NCBI RefSeq assembly: GCF_006345805.1
Contig: NC_043000.1
Coordinates: 159,526,001-159,590,000 of the forward strand
Reading direction: 5' to 3'
Length of the DNA stretch: 64,000 bases
Origin: Octopus sinensis
Lineage: Eukaryota
The position numbers were made by a program, and so were the translations under genes. Under the pieces are notes generated by a model that ran no database searches, was not told the DNA's origin, and saw only the letters and a program-made list of their open reading frames with translations. Position 1 is the first letter of the stretch. Each line of letters starts with the position of its first letter. This document shows, piece after piece, positions 38,594 to 51,360 of the stretch.

Positions 38594-38826
38594 TATTTCT
38601 TTATTGCCCACAAGGGGCTAAACATAGAGAGGATAAACAAGGACAGACAAAGAAATTAAGTCGATCACATCGACCCCAGTGCGAAACTGGTACTTTTATT
38701 TTATCGACCCCGAAAGTATGAAAGGCAAATTCGACCACGGCGGAATTTGAACTCAGAACGTAACGACAGACGAAATACCGTTAAGCATTCCGCCCGGCGC
38801 GATAACGTGTCTGCCAGCTCGCCGCC
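38594..38826 (-). mobile_element. SINE family A
   Basis: TSD TTTGCGAAAAACATAT at 38567-38582 and 38827-38842. Confidence 0.9.
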
Positions 38827-39389
38827 TTTGCGAAAAACATATCGATGTTCTAACCACTACACCAAAGCTACTCCAGACTTTGACAGTTCAAATTAGTAGA
38901 CTTCAACTAAATAGCTACGACAACGTACTAGTAGCAATACACATGGACACAAACCCAATTTGTTGCTTAGGAGCAATTGTAAACAGAAAAATGAGAGTGA
39001 ATGTCCTTCATGCTTTTCCCTCAAGTTCTCAAAGAAAGTGAAAGCGTTTTCACGAAGAATGAGGTGAAATATCATTTGTGGAAGTCGATTTTGACGCAGC
39101 TAGCATTCTCCAGTATGTCACTTCTACTGATGCCTTACACAGGTACAGAGTCAGTGAGTTGCGTGGCAATATAATGAAATTATCAATGCTCAGGAGACTC
39201 AATAATGTTACAAATCCCGGTAGAGCAAAAATGTAATTCCCTCAGCGGGATACAATACATAAAATCAACTGAACTGCGACTTCGAAGCACCAACATCTTG
39301 TTACATTAATTCATCACTTGACACGACACATCCGAGGTTTTGACATATTAAGACTTGAAATTGGTTGCTTCTGTTGTTCAAATATGAAG

Positions 39390-39570
39390 TTATCCCTGAC
39401 CGATCAAGCCTATCTTTAAAAGACGTTCTAACCGTCTTCATCTCGTCTTTTTTTTTTTTTTTTTTAGATAGATAGTGGATGAAATATCATAGTTTTTGAA
39501 GAAAGAAAGTGCACAATTTGATGAAGATTTAGCCGCTATTTCTAGGAGATCGTGTGACCGTATAGAATCA
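39390..39570 (+). repeat. old unclassified interspersed repeat (representative copy)
   Basis: A motif like GATTTAGC.GCTATTTCTAG.AG.TCG..TGACC recurs near 10170, 40790, 46950, 51440, 56950, 58280 and 59500, and inverted near 34500. Confidence 0.5.
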
Positions 39571-39605
39571 CTCGCTTTCTCTAGCGTAAAGGTGAGAGAT
39601 AGAAA

Positions 39606-39652
<47 letters not shown>

Positions 39653-40519
39653 AGACTCCCTAGACCTATAGCTTGCATTTGGATATGACACCAGGTACTC
39701 AACAGTAAGTTCCCAGAAGTTGTGTTGCGAAAATTAAGGCAATGTTCAAAGAACTGTCCAACAGGAGATGTGACTTCACACACTATGAATTGGTGGTACA
39801 ATACTGTATGAAGTCGGCCATTCGGCTTTAACAAACCATTGCAATGCTGCACCAGCAATATCGATTATTGTGGATGTTATTGTTCCTAGCTGTAGCTGAG
39901 ATGGTGTTGGAGGTGTTGGTGGCAGCAAGTTGTGGTATTGGTGACTGCAGAAGCGTTAATAAACAGAATTTGGTAAGGCCCTCATCTCCTTAAGAAATAG
40001 GTCAAGAGGATATTTCAGAACCTTTTCGTTGTTTGTCTAACAATATTAATCTATGCCTCCAACCCATCACCATTTACATGCTGCAAATCTTGTTGTTTAT
40101 TATTATTATTATTATATATTTTTGTACTTGTGAGTAGTAGTGGTGGTACTGTACTAGTTTTAGTAACGGACAATTTGGCGTTGATTTTACGGGGGAGCCA
40201 AGAACTGATGGATAAAAAAATAAGACACACAACCTCATCTCAACAAACACATACACCAGAGAGAAAGAGAGAGTCAGATAGACAGATAGAAACAGAGAGA
40301 GGAGCGAGGAGAGAGAGAGGGGAGAAAGAAAAAGAGAGAAACACACATAATGTACGAAAGCACATAAGAGCACACAAACAGTTGCAGTTCAGTTCCCGGT
40401 CAGCCTTGATCAAAAAGAGTTACGACCAAAGATATTCCAGCCGTGACCATCTCATCTTTTCTCTGTATGCAAAGAATCCAGGATGACAGTATCCCGTTTA
40501 TCCTATTCTAAAATTATGT

Positions 40520-40750
40520 ATTTCTTTACTGCCCACAAGGGACTAAACATAGAGGGGACAAACAAGGACAGACAAAGGAATTAAGTCGATTACATCAACT
40601 CCAATTGGGAAACTGGTACTTTATTTATCGACCCCGAAAGGATGAAAGGCAAAGTCGACCACGGCGGAATTTGAACTCAGAACGTAACGACAGACGAAAT
40701 ACGGCTACGGATTTCGCCCGGCGTGCTAACGTTTCAGCCAGCTCGCCGCC
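40520..40750 (-). mobile_element. SINE family A
   Basis: 18-bp TSD CCTATTCTAAAATTATGT at 40502-40519 and 40750-40767. Confidence 0.92.
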
Positions 40751-41554
40751 CTATTCTAAAATTATGTGATTTGAAGAAGGAAATTTAACTGCAATTTCCA
40801 GCAGGTTGAGTGACTTCATAGTGGGTCCCACAGTGGCTAATTGACAGAATTTATGCACTTTTACTAATGGATGCACATAGGTATATCCAGTACATACATC
40901 TTCTTTACCTTTTCTGTACAAAAGTGAGCGCGGATCTTTGAAGGTGGTCTTGTGCTATTTTTCCTCAAGCATTCGCAGCTCATTCTCTTCTTGTCTTACA
41001 TATTATGCCCCTTCTTAGCACCGCAATAACTACTACGCTTAGATCAACCTCCACAGAATGTCAACCCTTTGGCTAGCCATCTTTACATATATTTTCCCAG
41101 TAGCATTTGACTTTCAACCTTTTAAATAGGAATGTTAACAACATTGATTTCGCTGGGGTCACAGGCGTTTTGCGAAGGTCATCGGTTCACTCTGTTTCTC
41201 CAGAATAAGCAAATGAAGAAAAAAAAATTATGTCTATAAATGCATACAATACACACAATATCTGCATATATAGAAAAGTCCTTATACACAGCTAGATGTA
41301 CGAATACAAAACACACACGCACACACATGACGCTAATACACACGTTTACCTCATCTATCCATCCATGCGTGCAACTGGTATACAATACGCCAGTCAATAA
41401 GCGAGTATATTTATGTGGTCAGTCGAATTTCTTGAAATAGTAGTTACCTCTGCCTCAAATCTCACGATACTCTCATCACAAAAAGGATAAACTGGACAAT
41501 GTAGTTCATATGCAAGCATCAATAAGAGCAGAGCACGATTCGAGCATATCAACC

Positions 41555-41699
41555 GTACATACATACGTACATACATACATACCTACCAACCTACCTACCT
41601 ACCTACATACATACATACCTACCTACCAACCTATCTACCTACATACATACATATGTACGTACATACATACATACGTACATACATACATACATACATACC

Positions 41700-41731
<32 letters not shown>

Positions 41732-41738
41732 TACATAC
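41555..41738. repeat. (TACA/TACC)n(CA)n microsatellite
   Basis: Directly visible. Confidence 0.95.
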
Positions 41739-42164
41739 CTTTGTAATTGAATACATACACAAACATCAAAGCAAAGAATACTGGGGCAACATTCTGATCA
41801 AAACATCTGTCAAGTGTAAACCTAACAAACGTGATAATATTGTGTGGGGCAGACGAGAAAAATTATGCATAGTCACAGAGGTCAGCTGTCCTGCTGATGA
41901 GAACGTCTCCTTGAAAAATCTAAGAAAAAGAGGATAACTACGGACAACTGCGTCGAAACCTTCAACTTCAATCTCCAGATTATATATTCACATTTATACC
42001 AATAACAATTAGTGTACATGGTTTTGTGAGTAAATGCTTAAGACAATCTGGGTAAGTTAAGATCTTCGAAAAAAGAAATCAACCTAACTAGCGCCTTACA
42101 AATACAATCTGCGGTAAGTGTAACAATAAAAATATGCAAAACTTTTCTCAAGTTTAAAATGTGA
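41739..42164 (+). mobile_element. 3' fragment of an RLE-type (R4/Dong-like) non-LTR retrotransposon, decayed
   Basis: YWGNILIKTSVKCKPNKRDNIVWGRREKLCIVTEVSCPADENVSLK, frameshift, EKEDNYGQLRRNLQLQSPDYIFTFIPITISVHGF, frameshift, LQIQSAVSVTIKICKTFLKFKM*. This fits the PD..(D/E)..K restriction-like endonuclease C-terminus. Confidence 0.72.
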
Positions 42165-45094
42165 CAATTGTTTTTGTTATCTACATTCCAGCGATGGAGC
42201 TTTGTAACCTTTTAAGAAACGAGATCCTTCCTCAGATGAATTTAAATAATTAAAATGGAAAGCAGATATATGCATAAACTTTACACACTGCTACCACAAC
42301 CGGTTCTCGTTTCGACACACACACACACACACACTTTTTTATCATAATTCTAATAGTATTATCATATTCGACCATACACAATAGTTCCATTAAGTATTCG
42401 AACATATCTAAGTGGAAGAAATTCTAAAAAAATATATTATTAAATATAAAAAAAAACACAAAGAAAGACATAAAAAAGACAGACAGCCAGCGAGAGATAT
42501 TCTATATAGACAGAAAGATTAATTAAGATGCAACAAATTAGAGAAAACTAAATGAGAGGAGATAGAATGGATAACAGAAAAGTAATACAGAGCCAGCATG
42601 TAATTAGTTTCGTATTTAACATTTTAAAAAATAAATATGGCTGCTGATCAATGAATACATGTTACGTTTAGCATTTTGAGTGCAAGTATGTTGATTTAAG
42701 TATACTTATAACTAGACAAATTATGAACATACAAAGGTGCGAAGCTACAGACTATCGCACGTCTGGCTAGAAACAGTAGCCAAACATCACTCAAACCACG
42801 CTCAAACATCCAGGTGGGATCTCAGTTAAACCAAATACCTATCACATGGTAGTCTTTACTTGATCGTTCTACCGCTGGAAATAGCAGTATAGCTCCTCTA
42901 AATTTATGATTTATCTCGAAAAGTGACATGAAGCGTTGGTCTGTCGTTCTGAATACATTGTCTAGAAATAAGGAAGGTGATAGTTGAAACAGTTTCATAT
43001 AAGTCTGCTTGATAAGGTTTAACCTGGGGTTAAACAATAAGTACCAATCATAATCATGGAATCGATTCAGTTAATTACACGCCTGTCTGGAATAAATGTT
43101 TGGCTCTGTGCCATTGTTAGACAATAGTATTTCGAATATCTCTCAGAAACTCTTAATTGGTTAATGAGCGCAATGGCTGATTAAGATGGTTGGAATCTCT
43201 CGCTTGAAATTCCTTTTTACGTTGCGAGAAAAAAAAAAAGCTTTTGCTTTACAGAGTAAAACATTATTTTCAGGAATGTAACACAGTCGAATTGAAAGAC
43301 TTTCCGGTAGTGTGATATCGGTGTTAATGATAAACGGTATGTGCTAGATTGATTATGAGAACCATGATGAGAGATTTGCAGATAGCTGTGTTTGAAATTA
43401 AAAGAAGATAAACACAAGATTAGTTCATTTTATCTTGCTTTACTCATTTGTAGATTCCAGTTCGTTTTTTTTTTCTTCTTTTGCTTCTCATTTCAGATGG
43501 TATGGTTGTCAACGTGATAGCAACGTATACTACCCATACTCACGTCACCAAGGACTTAGTTAAACGGATATAGCATTCAAGTGACGATAAAAAGCAGATT
43601 AGAGAATATGATTATTTGTTTACATACAGATAAATACATATATACATATAACAATTGTTACTGCGATGCTGGTTCATAGCCAAAAGTAATGAGAAGTCTC
43701 TCTGCGACATAAACTATGCGTGCTGGTAGACAATCGAAAGTCCCATGTGTAAAACAACATTTAAATTACATTTCAAATGCAGTCTTACATAAATGAGACA
43801 CCTGATATGTGTGTATATGATATGAATTAGTTGAAACAGTTTACCAAGCGCACAACGTCGTCTAGGCTTGCCATAAAGCAAAATGCTGATTTTAGTATAA
43901 TAATAGCGATAGTTTTTAACATCCGGATAATGCCAGTATTTTTCAGTTGAAAGGCTTAGTTGATTACATCGAACCTAGTTTTTGACAAGTAATTTATTTT
44001 ACTGACCTCGGTAGCATGAAGAACAAAACTGGCACTGGTAGGATTTTAAGCGAGAACATAAAAGAGCCAGAATATATACTGCAACGTATTTGGGATGAAA
44101 AGTGAAGGGCAGAGTTGAATTGGAGAGATCCGTGAAAGAAACGCGAAGAGAATTCAACTGACGGCGTTAGGATATATTATACGGCATTTTATGGATTCTG
44201 GCATCCACTAGTCTCAAAAGGATTTCTTACGTAGCCTTGAGGCAACACATTTTAAGAGAGCTGTTCCATTGAATCGTTATTTCCGCTTCCAGCTGAGAAC
44301 GAAACATCACGAACGTATTTAGAACATTATCTCATCGTCTTTTAGGCTCATACCTTTCCACTTGAAGCAAACCTATAGAGAAACAGGATATGTTTATTAT
44401 TTCGGACGTACCTAGATAGATGAAATGTTACCGCAATATGAGGGGTTGTAACTACCCCTGCCTGTGCAATACATGGGTGCCGCAACTATGAAATTACGAT
44501 TCATTAACACAATTAGACATCAAACATCCAGTTATACAGTGTTTATTTTCAGGTATATTTTCAGATAGAGGGACCGTTATCACGGTGCTAGGAGCTTTGC
44601 CTCGATTTTAAAAGCAGGGACACAACAACATACTCATACTAGCAAACATACGTATACACAGAAACATAGTAATTTGACACTGTACACGTTCTCCAAGTTG
44701 ATTATTTCTATTAGCTCACAAGTCTAAGAGATGAAATCAATTATATTTACCTTAATGATTAACTCGTGCTAATTTTATTGCCCCAAGAAAACAAAACTGG
44801 TATATGCCGTGGTTTAAAATCACAACATAAAGGAATATAAGACACCTATCCACCGTTCGGTTGTATGACTGCGACGCAAGGAATTTTTTTTTATTGAAGA
44901 TTTCTGTTATAAGGCACAAATTTAGCTGCCGTTCCATGGTACTTATTTATAAGTTGGTATTTATTTTAAAGCTTGAAGAAGGAGTGAAAGTAAAAAGAAA
45001 AAAATCAACACTGGCAATTTCTGAAATTGAAATGTAAAGGGGTATAACTATCAGAAATCAGTTTGTCTCTCGTTGTATAGAATGTTCAAAATAA

Positions 45095-45440
45095 TAATGG
45101 TTTCAAATTTTGGCTCAAGGCCAGCAATTTTAAAGGTAGGGGCTTAGTCGATTGCCTTGACTCCGGTGAACAACGAAGTTAACATCAGTGGCATTTCAAC
45201 GCAGAAATTACAGAGCCGAAATGCAGTAAAGCCAACTTGCCGTCATATATAATTCTTTCAAATTTTGGCACAAGACTAGAAATTTCAAAAGGGAAGGTAG
45301 TCGATGATATCGACCCCATCACTGGACTAGTATTTTATTTGAACGGCCCCGAAATGTAATATACACTTCAGTGGAATTTGAGCTCCGATGTAGAGTGCCG
45401 GAAAAATGTCAATTTTACCGATGCTCTAAATCTTCGGCCA
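45095..45440 (-). mobile_element. two diverged SINE family A variants (tail ..TTGTGCCAAAATTTGAAA)
   Basis: Collinear, decayed similarity to other family A copies. Confidence 0.6.
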
Positions 45441-45493
45441 GCATATGCCGTCTTCCAGATAATAATGATAACAAGAGCATTCAGAAAGCGCAA

Positions 45494-45840
45494 ACCTCCA
45501 CCAAGGCAACACCAACTTCCTCTCAACGATTAGCCAGAGATGATTTTTAAAATGAGAATATCTGAAATAAACACAACTGCTCTCACAAACGAGAATACTA
45601 CAAATGAACCCGACCGTTCTCAAAAATTAAGTACCCCCCCCCCAAAAAAAAAAACAGGAAAAATGATCCAGAATATTTGTCCGGTATCGGATCGATCCCA
45701 AAATCTAATCAGATTGTGCCAGTCACGAGTCCAAACATCCCTGAAAGTTTCATCTGAATCTATCCAGCGGTTCTTGAGATATCTTGTCCACGGAAAAACA
45801 AACACAACTGAAAACAATACCTCCACCTTCACTAAGGCGA
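45494..45840 (+). mobile_element. DINE-1/HINE-like (Helentron-associated) non-autonomous element candidate
   Basis: ACCTCCACC..AAGGC motif near both ends; internal AAGTTTCATCTGAATCTATCCAGCGGTTCTTGAGATATC..GAAAACAATACCTCC resembles such elements as I recall them. Confidence 0.42.
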
Positions 45841-45844
45841 ATCC

Positions 45845-45984
45845 TTCTATTACAGGTACAAGGCCTGAAATTTTGGTAGACTGGTACTTATTTCATCGAC
45901 TTCGGCGGAATTTGAACTCAGATCATGAAATGCTGCTAACCATTTTGCCTGGCGAGCTAACGATTCTGTCATCTCGCTGTCTTA

Positions 45985-46040
<56 letters not shown>

Positions 46041-46370
46041 CTTTTCTACTAAAGGCACAAGGCCTGAAATTTTGTGGGAAGGAATAATTCAAATACATCG
46101 ACCCCAGTCTTCAACTGGTACTTAATTTATCGACTCCGAAAGGATGAAAGGCAAAGTCGACCTCGGTGGAATTTGAAGTCAGAACTTGAAGACAGACAAA
46201 ATACCTATTTCTTTACTACCCACAAGGGGCTACACACAGAGGACAAACAAGGACAGAGAAACGGATTAAGTCGATTATATCGACCCCAGTGCGTAACTGG
46301 TACTTATTTCATCGACCCCGAAAGGATGACAGGCAAAGTCAACCTCGGCGTAATTTGAACTCAGAACATA
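45845..46370 (-). mobile_element. cluster of three SINE family A copies with an intervening (TAA)n at about 45989-46039
   Basis: Repeated GGTACTTA..ATCGAC..GGAATTTGAA segments. Confidence 0.8.
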
Positions 46371-46559
46371 GACACTCATTACCTTCCATAGGAAGATATA
46401 GCAAATGCCAAAAAACTAAGGCATTCAGAATTTAATAAAATAATCACGCCACATCATTTTCATGTCATGGAAAGTAGATGTTTAGTTACAGCTCTGCTTT
46501 CATCCAGCAGGGACCGCGCTGTTGTCTGCATCGTTTTTGCCGAAGATATTATTCTTCTA

Positions 46560-46925
46560 TTCTTTTACTTGTTTTTGTTATTTGATTGACTGCAACCATG
46601 CTGGAGCACCACTTTGAATGGTTTAAGGCGAACAAGTCGACCTCGGGTCTTATTTTAAAGCCTATTACTTATTCTATCGGTCTTTTCTTACCGAACTGCT
46701 ATGTTACGGGGACGTAAACACACCAACAACGGTTGTCAAGCAGTGATGGGGGGACAAACACAAGCACACACACATACATAGACACATATATATGTATAAG
46801 ATGGGTTTTTTTCAGTTTCTGTTTACCAAGGCTATAGTAAAAAACACTTGCCCAGGGTGCCACGCAATGAGATTGAACCCGGAACCATGTGGCTGGGAAG
46901 CAAGCTTCTTACCACACAGCCACTA
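46560..46925 (-). mobile_element. SINE family B, diverged
   Basis: Reverse complement of the family B layout. Confidence 0.8.
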
Positions 46926-47803
46926 TAATTTGAGAGAGATTTTGTTGATATTTCTAGCAGGCTAACGACCTGGTAGAAAATACTTTGTTGATTCGCATCG
47001 AAATTAGCAGCGGTATGCGGTAATGTGAAGCATGTTAGGTTTCAGATTATACCGGAACACTTACAGTGACGACATCTTGGCAATTTTTCAAATCAGATGT
47101 AAGAAACGTAAACTGAAACCAACTGTAAAATAGTTAGAAAACATCAGCTAAGGAAAAATAATTCGTAGGCCAATGCATGAATTTCGACAACCTAGGTTGG
47201 GTTCGATTGTAATGTATTGTATGACGTAAGCAGAAGAGAAATTATCAATGAATTCAAATTTACCTCATAAAGAAAGAGCAGAACCTAGCGGAGATTATAC
47301 GCAATTTCCAAAGAAAAGAGATTGCTCCAAGAAACTAAGAGCATATTTCATAGAATAGTTAAACTCTCATATTAAGGAGTAAATCTGATTTCGCGGTAGC
47401 AAGCAAGGTAACAGTTAAAGACACACCTTTGTAGTATTACATCTCATCAGTGAAGCAGAGAATTCGCAAGATTGGTTAATTGGTAGACCACCGTGTACAA
47501 AATGAAAACAAAAATTACGACCAATACAGGCTTGCGAAGACCATGCTTCGTTAATGAGCTCTAATAAGGCTCCCAAAATGACCGGTGCCGTCCAACTTTC
47601 TGCTACTAAACTTCAAAGGAATTCTCCAAGAATGACATAATTTATGTGAAATTAATTACGTATCTCTTGGAATCATCTCCTGCAGTTGGGAGTCGCGAAC
47701 AACTTCTTTCAAGGGTTTTGTTTTTCCCTATCGTTCTCCAACTAAGTAGCAAATTTGAATTCAGAACAATAACTTTGGGGCGCACGCCATTCTGTACATC
47801 ACC

Positions 47804-47840
47804 ACTTACCTGAGAAATGCTAGATGTAGGAGGCAAAGTA
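47804..47840 (-). other. candidate recursive splice site or 10-nt microexon
   Basis: Minus strand: TGTTTACTTTGCCTCCTACATCTAG CATTTCTCAG|GTAAGT. Confidence 0.3.
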
Positions 47841-47929
47841 AACAGTATTTTGTATCGTTCACGCAACGGTTTTGTAAAGTTATTCTCCAATTTTCTCTTT
47901 ACTTGTTGCGGTCTTTGAATTACGGTCAT

Positions 47930-48345
47930 GGTCGAATAAATCGACCCCAGTCCTTATTCCCCTTTAGTTTGATATTTATTCAATACCGAACCGCTAAGAT
48001 ATGGGGACATAAACAAACCACCATCGGTTGTCAAGAGCGGTAGAGGCAAACACGAAGAGATGCACGCACTCACGTACATTATACATATATATCGCAGTAT
48101 TGACCAGATTATAAGATGTAGTGACACATCGCTAGTCACAATGCACTTCGCATTGTTTTAGCTTTCAAATGTCGGCTAGGTGGGTAGACCAAAATTCCGA
48201 CTGAACAGAACGTCAGTCTCACGCAGAGTTAACCATTAAAGTTGAGTGAACTGGAGCAACATGAACAAGAACACAAGGCATTGCCCGTCTGGGGATCGAA
48301 ACCATGATTTTGCCATCGTAAGTGCAACGATCTAGTCACTAAACC
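47930..48345 (-). mobile_element. adjacent partial SINEs (family B 3' half, family C tail type 1, family D-like head)
   Basis: Segments match 30600-30720, 4040-4095 and 53233-53370 respectively. Confidence 0.6.
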
Positions 48346-48349
48346 ACGT

Positions 48350-48380
<31 letters not shown>

Positions 48381-48403
48381 AGGTGGGCTGCCACACAATT
48401 TCT

Positions 48404-48817
48404 TATTTCTTTACTGCCCACAAGGGGCCACACACAGAGGGGACATACAAGGACAGACAAACGGATTAAGTCGATTACATCGACCCCAGTGCGTAACTGG
48501 TACCTATTTAATCGACTCCCAAAGGATGAAAGGCAAAACCGACCTCGGCGGAATTTGAACACACAACGTAGTGGCAGACGAAATACCTATTTCTTTACCA
48601 CCCAAACGGGGTTAAACACAGAGAGGATAAACAAGGACAGACAAACGGATCAAGTCGATTATATCGACCCCAGTGCGTAACTGGTACTTAATTTATCGAC
48701 CCGAAAGTATGAAAGGCAAAGTCGACCTCGGCGGAATTTGAACTCAGAACGTAACGGCAGACAAAATACCGCTAAGCATTTCGCCCGGCGTGCTAACGTT
48801 TCTGCCAGCTCGTCGCC
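48404..48817 (-). mobile_element. SINE family A tandem dimer
   Basis: TSD GGCTGCCACACA at 48386-48397 and 48820-48831. Confidence 0.9.
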
Positions 48818-49019
48818 TTGGCTGCCACACAGTCTCTGCCAAGGAAGTTCACTCACAAAACATTGGTTTATCCAAGGCTATGGAACATGACTCTTGCACA
48901 AGGTACCACGTAATGGTACTGAATCTGAAAGCATGAGGCTGCAAAGCGAAGCTCTGAAGTTAATTACTCACTTTTAAAAATTTTTTTCATTTTGCAATAG
49001 ATTCCATTCTTATGTTGGT

Positions 49020-50045
49020 GTGGACCGGTGTGTGTGTGAGCGTGTGTTGTATGTGTGTGTGTGCGCGCGCAAGTGTATATCCGAAGATGCGCATGCGTTA
49101 GGGAATGTGCGTTAATATCTGCAGAGATATCCACAAACGTACTTTGGGAACATGCGAATGCCAATACTTGCGTGTGTGGTCGCGTGCGGGAGTGTGCATT
49201 TATGCGTGATCTTACGTGTAAATGTGTGTGCGTGTGTGTGTGCGTAATCGAAAGACTGCGTTGATGTGCGCGTGTGTGTTTGCACGGACATATGCATTTC
49301 TATGCATGGACATGTGTGTGTCTTCGTGAGTGACTGTGCAAGCTTCGATGACAGAGTTCGTGTCCGTGTGTGCGTGCCTGAGTAGCGTTTTCCTGCGCTT
49401 CATTGAGCGCTTATACGCTCGCGAGCGAGCTTGTGCATACGTTTGGGTATTTCTGCATGCACATGTGAACGTGTATGTACTTCTATGGCACCGTGTAAAT
49501 ATTTGCATATGTGACTACATGTGAACGTGTGTGCGAATATTAAAGCATGTGAGCGCACAGAAATGAGCATATGCAAGCGCATGCAACCGCGAGTATTTAT
49601 GCTTGTATGTGAACGGGTCTCTGTGCATGTATGCGTGTGTATATGTATGTGTGCATGCGCGCGCATGCAGACGCACGTGTATGTGCACGTATGCGAATAC
49701 AAGTGTGCGCGAGCGGATGCAAACAAGTGTGCACTAGAAAGCGTATGCAAACAGCTGTGCATGCGCAAGTGCGAACACGGATGTGTGTACGCGTATGACA
49801 ACACGTGTACGTGTGCACGTATGAAAGCGCAGGTGTGCACACGTGTATACGAACACAACTATGTGCACGCTTCTGCGTTTGCAAGCGCAACTTTGCATGC
49901 GCCAATGCGAAAGAGAGATTATTCTCTGAGCTTGTGAATGCGCAAATGAAAATGGAAAATGTGTGCATGTGATCGTGTCACGTGAAAGGACATGTGCACA
50001 CCAATAAACATACACACGAGCGAATATTTGCACGCGTGTTTGCAA
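49020..50045. repeat. about 1-kb decayed (TG)n tract retaining purine-pyrimidine alternation
   Basis: Dominated by TG/CG/CA/TA steps (GCGC, TGCA, CACG, CGTG). Confidence 0.8.
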
Positions 50046-50439
50046 TGCCTTTATTGTATGCCATGGTGCCTTACTGATTGACTAAACAGCAACCCAATCG
50101 ATCCTACCAATGAGAGAATGGTTACGTAAGGCATGAGAACATCAGCCCTCACTATTCCTGATTAAATTATGCTAAACAGTGACGAGACGAATAAAGAGAT
50201 ATAAGCATGGATAGAAATGAATTTAATCTTGCACAAGTAAGGTATAAAATGAACAGGTGCTTGCGCTCGCAAACCAACATAAGCACAGAAATACATATGA
50301 AACAGAAATGTCGAGATTACATGAGACACAAAAGAGAAGGAAATAATTCAGAGAGAGACAGACAGAGAGAGAGAGAAAGAGAAGCGGGGTAAAAGAGATT
50401 CTAACACAACCAAAGATGAATGGCTGAAAGGAGTTGAAT

Positions 50440-50660
50440 ATTGATTTCAAATTTTGGTACAAGGCCAGCAATTTCGAGGGAGGAAGTAAGTCGACTAATA
50501 CAGGCTTCCTAGTATTCACTTAGTTCTTATTTTATCGACACCGACAGAATGTAAGGCAAAGTCGACTTCGGCGGGATGTGAACTCAGAACGTGAAGACGG
50601 ACGAAATGCTTAGCGGCGTTTCGTCCGGCGTGCTAACGATTCTGCCTGCTCGCCGCCTTG
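50440..50660 (-). mobile_element. SINE family A variant
   Basis: Head end CTCGCCGCC at about 50650-50658 and the variant tail. Confidence 0.78.
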
Positions 50661-50675
50661 AACGAGTTAAATATT

Positions 50676-50709
<34 letters not shown>

Positions 50710-51283
50710 ACCGTTTAGCTGTCACAAGCAAGCGTGTATTACCTAGCAGGTTATACCAAACTTACGCTAGCTGTTTTCGGTGGCGATGTAGTCGAGAGCA
50801 GACAGAAACACCAGGCTACGTGATATGTTCTTCTTTATATAATACAAGCAAGGCAAACACACTGAAGCACAAGTATAAGCTTGGGTGCTTTTCATTTCTT
50901 ATTCTTGGTTGAACACTTGGGGGCGAGTTTGAGGTTATTGGTCCCGAAAAGAAGTTATTTCTCTAATGAAATTCCTGACGAAGAGTATTTCCACGTCAAA
51001 ATAACTTCGTTTAAATACAAAACAATGTTACTGTTTCCCACCCCTCTTTTCTGCAGCAAACATCTACATCTGTTCATTTCTCAATAACAACCATAACAAT
51101 TTCTGTACGATAGACATGTGTGTATGCATGTATTTAAGAACCGTTGAAAAAATTCATTTCAAACAAAAGTGAGTCAATAATGCGTAAGAAGTTCCAAATG
51201 CTGAAGAATGCTATTCAGCCATAGATCGGCCCAGACGAAATAGGCCAACTGGCTAAGGTGTTCCAGCCTTGACCATTTCGTCA

Positions 51284-51360
51284 TCTATATAAATAAAAGC
51301 GAAATTCTGTCTGTCCGGGATCCCTGTATCTCAGTCTATATAGACATATGCCTTTTAGGA
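51284..51360 (+). mobile_element. Helitron-like 5' end fragment
   Basis: A|TCTATATAAATAAAAGCGAAATTCTGTCTGTCC resembles the 5' end of the 29084-29475 element; no 3' end found. Confidence 0.4.

Noticed and set aside
41894-41960. CTGATGA...GAAAC resembling a hammerhead
   Set aside because: No convincing stem II or III; the motif is explained as codons (P-A-D-E-N and R-R-N-L) of the RLE retrotransposon frame.
1163-47098. Short plus-strand exon-like segments at 1163-1245, 21747-21822, 24742-24792 and 47046-47098
   Set aside because: Each has AG/GT borders and an open frame, but the peptides are unrecognisable and do not assemble into a coherent protein.
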